Shown: positions 1 to 8,758 of the stretch, piece by piece
Layout of the letters: every line of letters starts with the position of its first letter
Position numbering within the stretch: position 1 is the first letter of the stretch
NCBI GenBank assembly: GCA_965214095.1
Contig: OZ243938.1
Span: 4,672,001 to 4,736,000 of the forward strand
Direction of reading: 5' to 3'
DNA: 64,000 bases
From: Candidatus Poribacteria bacterium
Lineage (GTDB): Bacteria > Poribacteria > WGA-4E > WGA-3G
The notes under the pieces: generated by a model
Database searches by the model: none
Told to the model about the DNA's origin: nothing
What the model saw: the letters and a program-made list of their open reading frames with translations, nothing else
Program-made: the position numbers and the translations under genes

Positions 1-39
1 TCTACTACGACTAATCGCGGTACAGTCCGTTGTCGACCA

Positions 40-1659
40 TCACGTTCTGGTCCTCGCATAACAAGCAAATTGTTCCTCGGTCATATCTTCAACCATATCA
101 CCCCATCGGTCTTGCGGATCAACCACACCACCACCCCAATTTGTATTTTTCGACTGATACTTAATCAGAACACCGCGTCTGGGTATTGAATTTTTCCACT
201 TTAAGGCACCGTGTGTGCAACCACCATCCATAAAGAAGAGTACATCTCCCGCTTTCATAACAGGTTGTACCACTAACCCCATCGTGTCATCACACGTACG
301 AATTCCGCGTGGCATAGAATACTGAGTCTTGTGTGAGCCTGGTACACATGCAAACCCGCCTAATCCGGGTTCAACGTCTCGCAACTGCCATGTGATAGTG
401 ACAGTCTCAGCATAACTGCGTCCGTTTTTAAAATCATAACCACGTGAAGGACTTATCGGTTCATTGCCATCGTGCAGTGAATGACCTGAAGTTCCTTGAA
501 CTGCACAGAAGACAGTCGCTCCACCTGTGCGATACCCACTTCCCCCCATCCAATTGAGCCGCTGTACTACAGTTGGATGTGCGATCATACGGCGGAATGG
601 AGCATTATATGGGTCGGGAAGGTCTAACAATCCTGGTAAGAGTGGACGACCCGTGCCAGCTTGACTAACAGAACCTCTTGCCAGTTCATCACCTACGACG
701 ATACGATCTTGATATTTATCTACTGCCTCATTTGCCTCTGCAAGCCATCTTTCATCCATCACACCACGCACGACCAAATATCCGTTCAGATCCCAAAAGT
801 AAAATTCTTTCTCATCAATTCCAGAATCCGGATCACGAATATATATGGATGGATGCATGACAGATGTGTCCTCTTCTACCCACGTCTTTTCACCATTAGT
901 ATTTAACACAGGTGGTGGATTTGAACCTTTAAATCCGGGTCTATACATGACAGCCTTTTGTGCTGGTGTCGCTTCATCTGCCCATTCCGGTAAAGATTCG
1001 GTCTCTGAATGTGGTCCAATTGGATTGGATTGAATTGCCGCACGGGCAATATACGAATATGATAGAAGCTTTTTCGGTTTGTCTTTCCACGGATGAAGAC
1101 CTTGGAGCGTAGGTACAGCAAGTAAAAACAGATCTCCTGCATTCATTGTTGGTTGTTGGACTAATCCCATATCGTCAATTCCGTTCATCAAGTCGTGTGG
1201 GGTTTCAACATTACTCTTATGGCTTGCCTGAACAACAACTAAACCACCGTCGCCTTCTGCGATATCTTCTAATACCCAGATCGCTTTCACTCCTTGACAA
1301 CTTCTTCGTCCGTTCTGTTGACGATATGCTAAGGATGGATTTCGCGGTTCATCTCCACCTACAAGTTTTGTGTTTATTTCACCATCGCTTTGTCCTAACA
1401 ATTGAGGTGCTTGATCCAGTCGGAATCCGTGTCCGATAATCTGATTCAGATACCACACCAATTTTGGATGTACCAATAAGTCTCGGAACAATTCTCGGTA
1501 TGGACTTGTCCCTCCTAATAGCGTATCACTCTCTCCAATAGACTCTAATGCCTCGTTTAGTGCTGCCACTTCATCTTGTGTTAGGACACTTGGAATATGT
1601 AAATATCCTGCCACATCAAAAGCATAGTTTTCTTCATTACTCATAACTTCACTATCCAT
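40..1659 (-). CDS. Tandem (two-domain) phytanoyl-CoA dioxygenase (PhyH)-family Fe/2OG protein; 3' end probably frameshifted and continuing past the window edge
   Basis: Two repeats of the PhyH fold (Y-F-D-x-x-GYL..., GG-x-x-x-V-x-x-SHK, AGD-x-x-F). GGAGG RBS ahead of ATG 1659. An alternative frame near nt 60 continues as AVMRGPERDGRQRTVPRLVV. Confidence 0.8.
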   Translation of the reverse strand: MDSEVMSNEENYAFDVAGYLHIPSVLTQDEVAALNEALESIGESDTLLGGTSPYRELFRDLLVHPKLVWYLNQIIGHGFRLDQAPQLLGQSDGEINTKLVGGDEPRNPSLAYRQQNGRRSCQGVKAIWVLEDIAEGDGGLVVVQASHKSNVETPHDLMNGIDDMGLVQQPTMNAGDLFLLAVPTLQGLHPWKDKPKKLLSYSYIARAAIQSNPIGPHSETESLPEWADEATPAQKAVMYRPGFKGSNPPPVLNTNGEKTWVEEDTSVMHPSIYIRDPDSGIDEKEFYFWDLNGYLVVRGVMDERWLAEANEAVDKYQDRIVVGDELARGSVSQAGTGRPLLPGLLDLPDPYNAPFRRMIAHPTVVQRLNWMGGSGYRTGGATVFCAVQGTSGHSLHDGNEPISPSRGYDFKNGRSYAETVTITWQLRDVEPGLGGFACVPGSHKTQYSMPRGIRTCDDTMGLVVQPVMKAGDVLFFMDGGCTHGALKWKNSIPRRGVLIKYQSKNTNWGGGVVDPQDRWGDMVEDMTEEQFACYARTRT

Positions 1660-1794
1660 TTTCCCTCCTGAAAGTGCCGATATTAGCATCTAATAGTTGG
1701 TCATTATATCAATTACAAACTTGACTGTCAATGAATACAACATTTTCGGGTGTTTAGTTCTAATAGATAAGATATCATTGTGCATCGGAATATT

Positions 1795-1897
1795 TATGGT
1801 GAAGCATAGAATTATATCTACACTTTCTATCAGCGGTAGGCGAGGTTTCCTAACCTCGCCTCAGCAATGTGGAGAACTAATTCAATAATTTGCCATA
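1795..1897. mobile_element. Short MITE-like element with internal GGTAGGCGAGGTTTCCTAACCTCGCC REP-like hairpin
   Basis: Hairpin core nearly identical to those at 17811 and 49671; ends TATGGTGAA...TTGCCATA. Confidence 0.55.
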
Positions 1898-1922
1898 GAT
1901 ATTATAGTGGTGTCATTTCTTA

Positions 1923-2077
1923 TTGTCTGAACCAGGATTTTCAAGATTAGTAGATTTGCAGGATTATGAGTTTGGCTCTGCAAAGTTCCTATTCCCAGTT
2001 TGACGTTTATTCTCTGGATGACTCTTTGATGTTTCAGACTCTTATCGTGTAAATCCTGAAAATCCTGGTTCAGACAA
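1923..2077. repeat. 26-bp inverted repeat pair (TTGTCTGAACCAGGATTTTCA[A/G]GATT) enclosing ~100 bp
   Basis: 1923-1948 matches the reverse complement of 2052-2077 with 1 mismatch. Confidence 0.8.
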
Positions 2078-2170
2078 AAAGGAATACAAACCCATAACGA
2101 ATTTAACGTTTGTGATTAATATTGAACAAGAATCCTCAGACTAAATAACCCTGTTAATTACATCATATTG

Positions 2171-2199
2171 TTGATTCTTCCATTAGTTTCTGCTATACT
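2171..2199 (+). promoter_or_regulatory. Putative sigma-70 promoter of the PspA/AAA cluster
   Basis: TTGATT-17 nt-TATACT with extended -10 TG. Confidence 0.55.
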
Positions 2200-2285
2200 A
2201 TGCATTGTAAATTAAAAGTTGTATTCATTGGAATGGTATTTCTCTTTACAAACATCTGGTAGTTGTGATAATATATGTGAGGTAA

Positions 2286-3221
2286 TTGTCTAAAAGAATT
2301 CGTAAAGAAACAATAACGACATCAACAAAAAGTAAACAGATAATACGACTGCTTCCACCTAATGACAGTGTATGCAATTTGGTGATAAAGTTGATTGATA
2401 AGAAATTATTTCGTCAGAAATATCTACTTCATCTTATTAGCAATCCATTTACCATTTACCCATTTGCTGCGGGAGTACTTGGAGTTTTTGCTTCATGGGT
2501 TTTCAATTTAGAACCACAGATACTATATTTGTTTGCTGGTGCTGTCGTCGGTCTTGGATTACCAATAGGCGCGTTGATAACGAAGTGGACTTCTGGCACG
2601 GATGACATTGCAAAAAAGGTTCATGAGGAACTTCTTCATGATGCACATCAACAACAGGAAGAGGAACTTAACGCACTTCATCAGCAATTGCTTAAAGATG
2701 GTGACCAAAGAACCGAACAAATGCTTGAAGAACTGCGGATGTTACACGAATCTTTTCAAGAAGAAGCAATGGACACAGGTTGGATGGCTTCTTTGCCACT
2801 TACCGTAAGTGCTGAAATCGCTGGTAAAGTCTCAGATCTTTTCAATCAAGCAGTTCAATGTCTCAAAGACACCTTGAAAATGTACGAGAAGTCAAAAGAT
2901 TCAAAATTGGCAACCGTCAAACGTGTATTACAGCAACACCGAGAACAACAAATCGCTGATGTTCAGCAGACAATAGTACAACTTACAAATCTCTATGCAC
3001 GCGTCATAACAATTAGTCCTGAAAGCAATGAGACAGAACTCTCACGACTCCGCACTGAACTTGATGAAAGTCTCGCATTTGCCAAGAAAGTTGACGAGCA
3101 AATACGAGAATCTACACCAAATATTGATGTTGATTTGTCTAATGTGGAAACTTCAATTGGAGAATCAACAATTACAACGCATCAGAATGTTGAATCTACG
3201 GAAGAAAGCAATTATCAGTGA
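2286..3221 (+). CDS. Membrane protein: two TM helices plus a long helical/coiled-coil domain (XpaC-like architecture)
   Basis: Hydrophobic segments PFTIYPFAAGVLGVFASWVF and ILYLFAGAVVGLGLPIGALI, then a Q/E/L-rich helical region; GAGG RBS before TTG. Confidence 0.7.
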   Translation: MSKRIRKETITTSTKSKQIIRLLPPNDSVCNLVIKLIDKKLFRQKYLLHLISNPFTIYPFAAGVLGVFASWVFNLEPQILYLFAGAVVGLGLPIGALITKWTSGTDDIAKKVHEELLHDAHQQQEEELNALHQQLLKDGDQRTEQMLEELRMLHESFQEEAMDTGWMASLPLTVSAEIAGKVSDLFNQAVQCLKDTLKMYEKSKDSKLATVKRVLQQHREQQIADVQQTIVQLTNLYARVITISPESNETELSRLRTELDESLAFAKKVDEQIRESTPNIDVDLSNVETSIGESTITTHQNVESTEESNYQ

Positions 3222-3264
3222 ATATGATTGATATGAATTCATTTCTTAGCTCTGGAGGGAATCA

Positions 3265-4020
3265 ATGCAAAACGGAATCACTCGGCTATACAATGCAATC
3301 TGGTATACACAAGTTGGACGTGCCCTTGAACAGAAAGATATAGAAAAAGAAAATGCGGAAAATACACAGGATTTGTTTGCTGAAGAGCTCAACAACCGTG
3401 AAGATATTCAACCCAGTAAACGTGGACATAGTCAACTAAGTAAATCTGAAGTTTTACACGATTCCAAAGTTAACAGCAAAACATCCGGGATAGTAACTCA
3501 GAAAATACTCATAGATAATCTGGATGCTGTCCGACAGACTTATGAAGACATAATCAACGATAAAAGGAATAATATTCAACGATACAAACTTGCAATAGGA
3601 CAACTCATTCCTCTTATAGAACAGAAAAAGAACTCACTGAAAAGTATTTTAGATGATATGGATAAGCTTGAGAAGATGAAGAAGGCTGCAACTGCAAAGT
3701 CCAAAAATATTTCCTTAGAACTAAAAGGGTCTGGCTTATCAGACAGGGAGATAGAACAGCATCCAGACTATACACGATGCATCAGTTCATATAATGATTT
3801 CGATTCTACCGTCAAGGAGAAAAACGTTCGTGTGGACGAACTTGAACTGGATATTGAACGTGCACAAGCAGATATTGAACATCATAAATCTAATATCACA
3901 CACCTTCACCGTGATGTAGAAAAGATAAAAACAGAACAATCTGAAGCGATAGCAGACCTTATTACTGCTCGTGAAAAAGAGAAAATTAATGAAGTTTTAT
4001 CGGATATCAAAGTAGATTGA
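3265..4020 (+). CDS. PspA/IM30-like paralogue with N-proximal insertion and truncated C-terminus
   Basis: Clear paralogue of 4082-4918 (shared NG-x-TR...WYT-x-x-GRA, YEDII-x-DK...NIQRYK-x-AIGQLI, KIKTEQSEA-x-ADLITA); GGAGG RBS. Confidence 0.8.
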   Translation: MQNGITRLYNAIWYTQVGRALEQKDIEKENAENTQDLFAEELNNREDIQPSKRGHSQLSKSEVLHDSKVNSKTSGIVTQKILIDNLDAVRQTYEDIINDKRNNIQRYKLAIGQLIPLIEQKKNSLKSILDDMDKLEKMKKAATAKSKNISLELKGSGLSDREIEQHPDYTRCISSYNDFDSTVKEKNVRVDELELDIERAQADIEHHKSNITHLHRDVEKIKTEQSEAIADLITAREKEKINEVLSDIKVD

Positions 4021-4081
4021 CATTAAAATCAAGAAATAACAATTATGAATAATCAGTTAATTTCATATAGGAGGATTTACA

Positions 4082-4918
4082 ATGGCAAACGGATTCACCC
4101 GTTTTTTTAAAGCGTTTTGGTATACACTTACTGGTCGTGCTCATGATCAGGCTGACAAATTGATGGAAGACCCTCATGCTATTCGCGGAGCTTATGAGGA
4201 TATTATCCGTGACAAACAAGGTAATATCCAACGATACAAACAAGCAATTGGGCAACTCATTGCACTTGTTGAACAAAAAAAGAACTCACTCAAGGCACTT
4301 ACCGAAGACATAGGCAAACTCGAACAGATGAAGACAGGGGCAATTGCTAAGGCGAAAAGTACGGCTGCAGAATTGCAACAAGCTGGTACGTCAGATGAAG
4401 AGATCAAACAACATCCAGAATATGTCCGGTGTGTTGGCTCATTTAACGATTTTCATTCAACTTTGGAGGAGAAAAACGCGAGAATTTCCGAACTTGAAGA
4501 AGATATTGATAGGGCACAAAATGATATTGAAGCACACAAAGTTCAAATTACTGGGCTGCACCGTGATCTTGATAAAATTAAAACAGAACAATCTGAGGCT
4601 GTTGCTGACCTGATTACTGCCAAGGAACAAGAGGAAATCGCAGATATGTTGTCTGGTATTAGTACGGATGGAACTTCTGCTGAATTGACACGGATGCGTG
4701 AAATTCGTGAAAAAGCAAAAGGACGTGCAGTCGTAGCACAAGAACTCGCTGGTACAGACTCACGTGCAGAAGAAGAGGAATTTCTTGCTGCAGCGAGTAC
4801 TACTGCCGCTTCTGATGAATTTGACTCACTCATCTTTGGAGCACAACAAACCGATACGCCAGCACAAACTGATGAGGCAAAGAGCGAATCACAGAGTGAT
4901 TCAGAACTGCCGTTATAA
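4082..4918 (+). CDS. PspA/Vipp1 (IM30; ESCRT-III superfamily)-like coiled-coil protein
   Basis: Amphipathic N-terminal helix GFTRFFKAFW, an 'EDP' motif, long helical hairpin, 'ELTRMRE...A...ELAG', acidic helix DEFDSLI and a C-terminal tail; AGGAGG RBS. Confidence 0.75.
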   Translation: MANGFTRFFKAFWYTLTGRAHDQADKLMEDPHAIRGAYEDIIRDKQGNIQRYKQAIGQLIALVEQKKNSLKALTEDIGKLEQMKTGAIAKAKSTAAELQQAGTSDEEIKQHPEYVRCVGSFNDFHSTLEEKNARISELEEDIDRAQNDIEAHKVQITGLHRDLDKIKTEQSEAVADLITAKEQEEIADMLSGISTDGTSAELTRMREIREKAKGRAVVAQELAGTDSRAEEEEFLAAASTTAASDEFDSLIFGAQQTDTPAQTDEAKSESQSDSELPL

Positions 4919-5036
4919 TTATTTAAAATAAGCTAATTCGTATCTGCGGGTAATTCTGCCTATTCAATACATACTGTATTTGGGGCATAGATACCCGCTT
5001 GATATGTTAATATATCAAATAAAAGCGAGATTGTTA

Positions 5037-6839
5037 ATGAACGTAAACACGTGGCATCAGGATAATACACCGAGTTGTTGGGAAGGGGTTTTAGAAAGGC
5101 TTAAGTCGTTTGAGACGCAGGTACACCACATTAAAGCAGCAAAAAAACGGTCAAAGATACCGTCTCAGATGCTTGATTCTTTCTATCACCTTCACGATAA
5201 CTTGATTGCTGAAACAAGCGATACTTTGCGTTCATATCAAAATACTCAGTCTTTTGACTCTCTACATTCAGTATTGGATAATTCATTTGTTGAGGCAATT
5301 TGGTTATCACTTGACCAATATCCTGAACTTGTCAATCACAAAGATATAGAAAACCTTGACACTGCAGGTTCCAAGATCTTCACACGATTTTCCCCTGATG
5401 CCCCAACGAATGTCGCTGATAGAGAGAAATTAAAATCTAAGATTCAACAGGTTTTTAAATTATCTTCCGATACATTAGAAAGACTGACAAGTAAACTTGG
5501 TAATCGGACTGCACCATTACAACACAGGCATCAAATTATGAGATGTCTACAGACAAGGTTCAATCTGGTATCTGGAAATCCTGAATTGGATAGTGATGTA
5601 CTCAGACTGTTTCAAGAGTTATATCCCACTGCCCCTTTTGATGTCGGGGAAGTAAAACTGATAAAAACTTGCTCCGCACTTTACTTCTGTTTGCCTTCTA
5701 AAGTGAAGGAGATTGACACAGAATCTCCAGGTAATATAAAGTCTAAAGAAACAGATAAATCTCATAATGTAAAGCCAGGTAAAAAATTAGGGTACGCGCA
5801 ATTTCTCAGAAGGATTTGGCAGGTTGAACCTTTCGCACACTTTCCAGTCTTTGGTACATTTAACGCCGAGGAACTTGATCCCAGTTTCCGAACAATGATT
5901 GCTGATGACACAGGCCTATCTATTGATTTGGTAACAACTACACTCACACGGATGATCGGCTTTCTACCCATAGAGGAACTGGATAAGTATCTTATTCATG
6001 ACACTTGGGGACATCAATGGCAAGAGAGTTTGCTTGATTTTGAGGAACTTTATACAGAATTATCACTTTTTAACCGTCCACTATCTGTAATGGAATCTGC
6101 TTCTGTCTTAGGTGAACATACTACATTTGGTGATGCGTTTCTCAAAACTGCTTCGGGGAAAATACAACTGGATCCGGATATTCTTACAAAATTTATAGAT
6201 TCTGAGTTGTATGAACGATCTATTGTCGCATTTACGCCTATTCTGGCAGAAATGTTGGCGGATGTTGTAGAATACAAATTCCTAAAACTACATCCTGAAC
6301 AGGTCAACTTAATGCCAAGTTCGTCCCTACTTAAGGACTATCCGAGCAAACTTGATTTAACGCTTGAGGATCTACACAACTGTTTTGAACGCGCATCTGA
6401 AGCATTTCAGACTTGGGTAGATTCGGATGAAGCCAAAAATAGATTACATAATGAGATATGTGAAAAATTTGATATTCAAGAGAGCGAAAGTAATTACAAA
6501 GAATTGAATGACATTCTTGAAAATGCAGTTGCAATTTGTAAAGAACGACTTGAAAGGTTTTATCAACCTGAATGGTATTGGGAAAAGACTGAAGACAACA
6601 ACTTAAAACTAAATGCATTCAGTTTCGCCGCACTCAACTTTCTCCGTATTCATACCGCTTTCTTACATACTTATCAAAGATTATCACAAATTGAAACTTC
6701 GTATGGGTTTATGGATGCACTTGTTTTGGCAATGGGAACTTTTTTTGAAAAGGAACCGCAACGACATATTTGGCAACTTGACAGTTTTTTGACTGAAGGT
6801 TTTCTACCACGATGGGAAATGTTTGCTCAGGCAAATTGA
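5037..6839 (+). CDS. Hypothetical ~600-aa helical protein with a metallopeptidase-like HDTWGH...EMLAD motif
   Basis: Long ORF between the PspA-like and AAA genes; motifs at ~5997-6014 and ~6249-6263; start uncertain (4980/5004/5037). Confidence 0.65.
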   Translation: MNVNTWHQDNTPSCWEGVLERLKSFETQVHHIKAAKKRSKIPSQMLDSFYHLHDNLIAETSDTLRSYQNTQSFDSLHSVLDNSFVEAIWLSLDQYPELVNHKDIENLDTAGSKIFTRFSPDAPTNVADREKLKSKIQQVFKLSSDTLERLTSKLGNRTAPLQHRHQIMRCLQTRFNLVSGNPELDSDVLRLFQELYPTAPFDVGEVKLIKTCSALYFCLPSKVKEIDTESPGNIKSKETDKSHNVKPGKKLGYAQFLRRIWQVEPFAHFPVFGTFNAEELDPSFRTMIADDTGLSIDLVTTTLTRMIGFLPIEELDKYLIHDTWGHQWQESLLDFEELYTELSLFNRPLSVMESASVLGEHTTFGDAFLKTASGKIQLDPDILTKFIDSELYERSIVAFTPILAEMLADVVEYKFLKLHPEQVNLMPSSSLLKDYPSKLDLTLEDLHNCFERASEAFQTWVDSDEAKNRLHNEICEKFDIQESESNYKELNDILENAVAICKERLERFYQPEWYWEKTEDNNLKLNAFSFAALNFLRIHTAFLHTYQRLSQIETSYGFMDALVLAMGTFFEKEPQRHIWQLDSFLTEGFLPRWEMFAQAN

Positions 6840-6865
6840 AATAAAAGGCTGATCTTTCTTGAAGG

Positions 6866-8722
6866 GTGGAGGACAAGACAATCGCTATCAAAGACCCTAC
6901 CTACAAATTCCGAACAGAAGCTGGATTACTAATAAATTCCGGCACATCGCGAAGCATCGTACTTCACGGAAATATACACGACATTTTTTATGTTTCCGAT
7001 GAAGATACCGAGGATTATATCCCACTCGTGTCATTTCTGACACATAGTTGGGATATTTCTGGTTATATCTTAATAGTCTACGAACTCAATGGACCTCTCC
7101 GTTTTTTACATACAAGTGATCGTGAAAGGGTTAAGAACGCTTTTAATTCTTGGAGAGGAACTACTGAACCATCCAAATCCAAAACTCCCAGTCATTTCGC
7201 AGAACTAAGTAGTACAGATGAGGCAGGAAGCAAGGCAGATAAAACTGAGGACACATTTGAAGAATACCTAAACGAAGCCATCGGTAGTCCTACATTGGCT
7301 CTTGAACTTCTCCGACAGTTCTGTTTGATTTCTCGTTCTACAAATGTCAATGGTGATCGTTTATTGGATGAAAAACTACTCATCTTAATAGAAGCAACAG
7401 ATATGTTATTGCCAGAGGGTGAGATACGAACTTTGAGTTTGGCTGACAGACATAGGATTAGTATCATTCAAGATTGGGTTTCTGATTCCGAGTTCATGAA
7501 AGGAACAGATACCGTTGTCTTTATTGCGGAATCCAAAAGCCTTGTCAACTCCCGTATCACACGTCTTCCACAAGTAGTTGATGTAGAAATCCAATCTCCT
7601 GACGTAGAAGCACGGAGACATTTTATTTCATGGTTTAATCGAACGCAAAAAGAAAAGAAAAAAGAACTCAATCTATGGGGGAGTCAATCTCAACTGGCAG
7701 TCCTAACTGCAGGATTATCATTACAAGCATTAAGGCAGATGCTTGTGTCTGCTTGTTATTCTGGTGAGAAACTACAACCTGATATTGTAATTGAGAAAGT
7801 ATCAGAATTCATCCAAGCAGAATTAGGTGAAGATGTTGTTGAGTTTAAAAAACCTGGACATACACTCACAGATATAGTTGGTAATAACAAACTGATTGAG
7901 TTTTTGAGGTCACAGATAATTCCACGAATCACTTCTACTGGAAAGGATTCACTATCTGGACTCAGTGTCTGTGGTCCTATTGGCAGTGGAAAAACATTCA
8001 TATTTGAGGGACTCGCGGGGGAATTGGACATACCTGTTTTAGTTCTGAAGAACATTCGTAGTATGTGGTTTGGTCAGACAGATGTTATTTTTGAAAGACT
8101 CAGACGATTACTTATGGCACTTGTAAATGTGCTTATTTTTGTTGATGAAGCGGATACACAATTCGGTGATGTTGGCAAGGATGCACATGCAACGGAACGT
8201 AGACTTACTGGTAAGATTCAAGCGATGATGTCTGACCCGCAACTACGTGGAAATATCACATGGCTATTGATGACAGCGCGTATCTATAATCTCTCGCCAG
8301 ACCTACGTCGAGAGGGTCGGGTTGGTGATATTGTTATTCCTGTTCTTGATCCAACAGGTGAAGATCGGAAGACTTTTCTTCATTGGACATTGCGCAATGT
8401 CTACACTGAAGCAATCTCGGACGAGGCATTTGAACTCTTGTTATCGCACACTGAAGGTTATTCTGCTGCGAGTTTTGCATCTCTTCGTGCTGACCTTGAG
8501 GCTGCAAAAAACCGTCAGGGTGAGTTATCTGTTGACGAGATCATTGATGTCATATCAGATAGAATTCTACCCAATATTGGTCCAATCCGACGTTATCAAA
8601 CATTGCAAGCATTTTTGAATTGCACACGCAAATCTCTACTTCCAGTGGATTATTCACCAGAAACAAGGGAATCATGGTTAGAACAGATTGCCCAATTAGA
8701 AGTTATGGGGATTAGAGGGTAA
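6866..8722 (+). CDS. AAA+ ATPase with degenerate N-terminal AAA-like domain and intact C-terminal AAA domain
   Basis: Walker A GPIGSGKT, pore loop SMWFGQT, Walker B IFVDEAD, SRH-like TARIYNLSPDLRREGR; N-domain IVLHGNIHD / LILIEATD / SPDVEAR. Confidence 0.9.
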   Translation: MEDKTIAIKDPTYKFRTEAGLLINSGTSRSIVLHGNIHDIFYVSDEDTEDYIPLVSFLTHSWDISGYILIVYELNGPLRFLHTSDRERVKNAFNSWRGTTEPSKSKTPSHFAELSSTDEAGSKADKTEDTFEEYLNEAIGSPTLALELLRQFCLISRSTNVNGDRLLDEKLLILIEATDMLLPEGEIRTLSLADRHRISIIQDWVSDSEFMKGTDTVVFIAESKSLVNSRITRLPQVVDVEIQSPDVEARRHFISWFNRTQKEKKKELNLWGSQSQLAVLTAGLSLQALRQMLVSACYSGEKLQPDIVIEKVSEFIQAELGEDVVEFKKPGHTLTDIVGNNKLIEFLRSQIIPRITSTGKDSLSGLSVCGPIGSGKTFIFEGLAGELDIPVLVLKNIRSMWFGQTDVIFERLRRLLMALVNVLIFVDEADTQFGDVGKDAHATERRLTGKIQAMMSDPQLRGNITWLLMTARIYNLSPDLRREGRVGDIVIPVLDPTGEDRKTFLHWTLRNVYTEAISDEAFELLLSHTEGYSAASFASLRADLEAAKNRQGELSVDEIIDVISDRILPNIGPIRRYQTLQAFLNCTRKSLLPVDYSPETRESWLEQIAQLEVMGIRG

Positions 8723-8758
8723 AATGAATTCAATCAAATTCACATTGTACCTCCACCG

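Noticed and set aside
6866-8722. PspF, FtsH or a true Vps4/CdvC orthologue
   Set aside because: No GAFTGA or HTH, no TM or HExxH protease domain, and no recognisable MIT domain.
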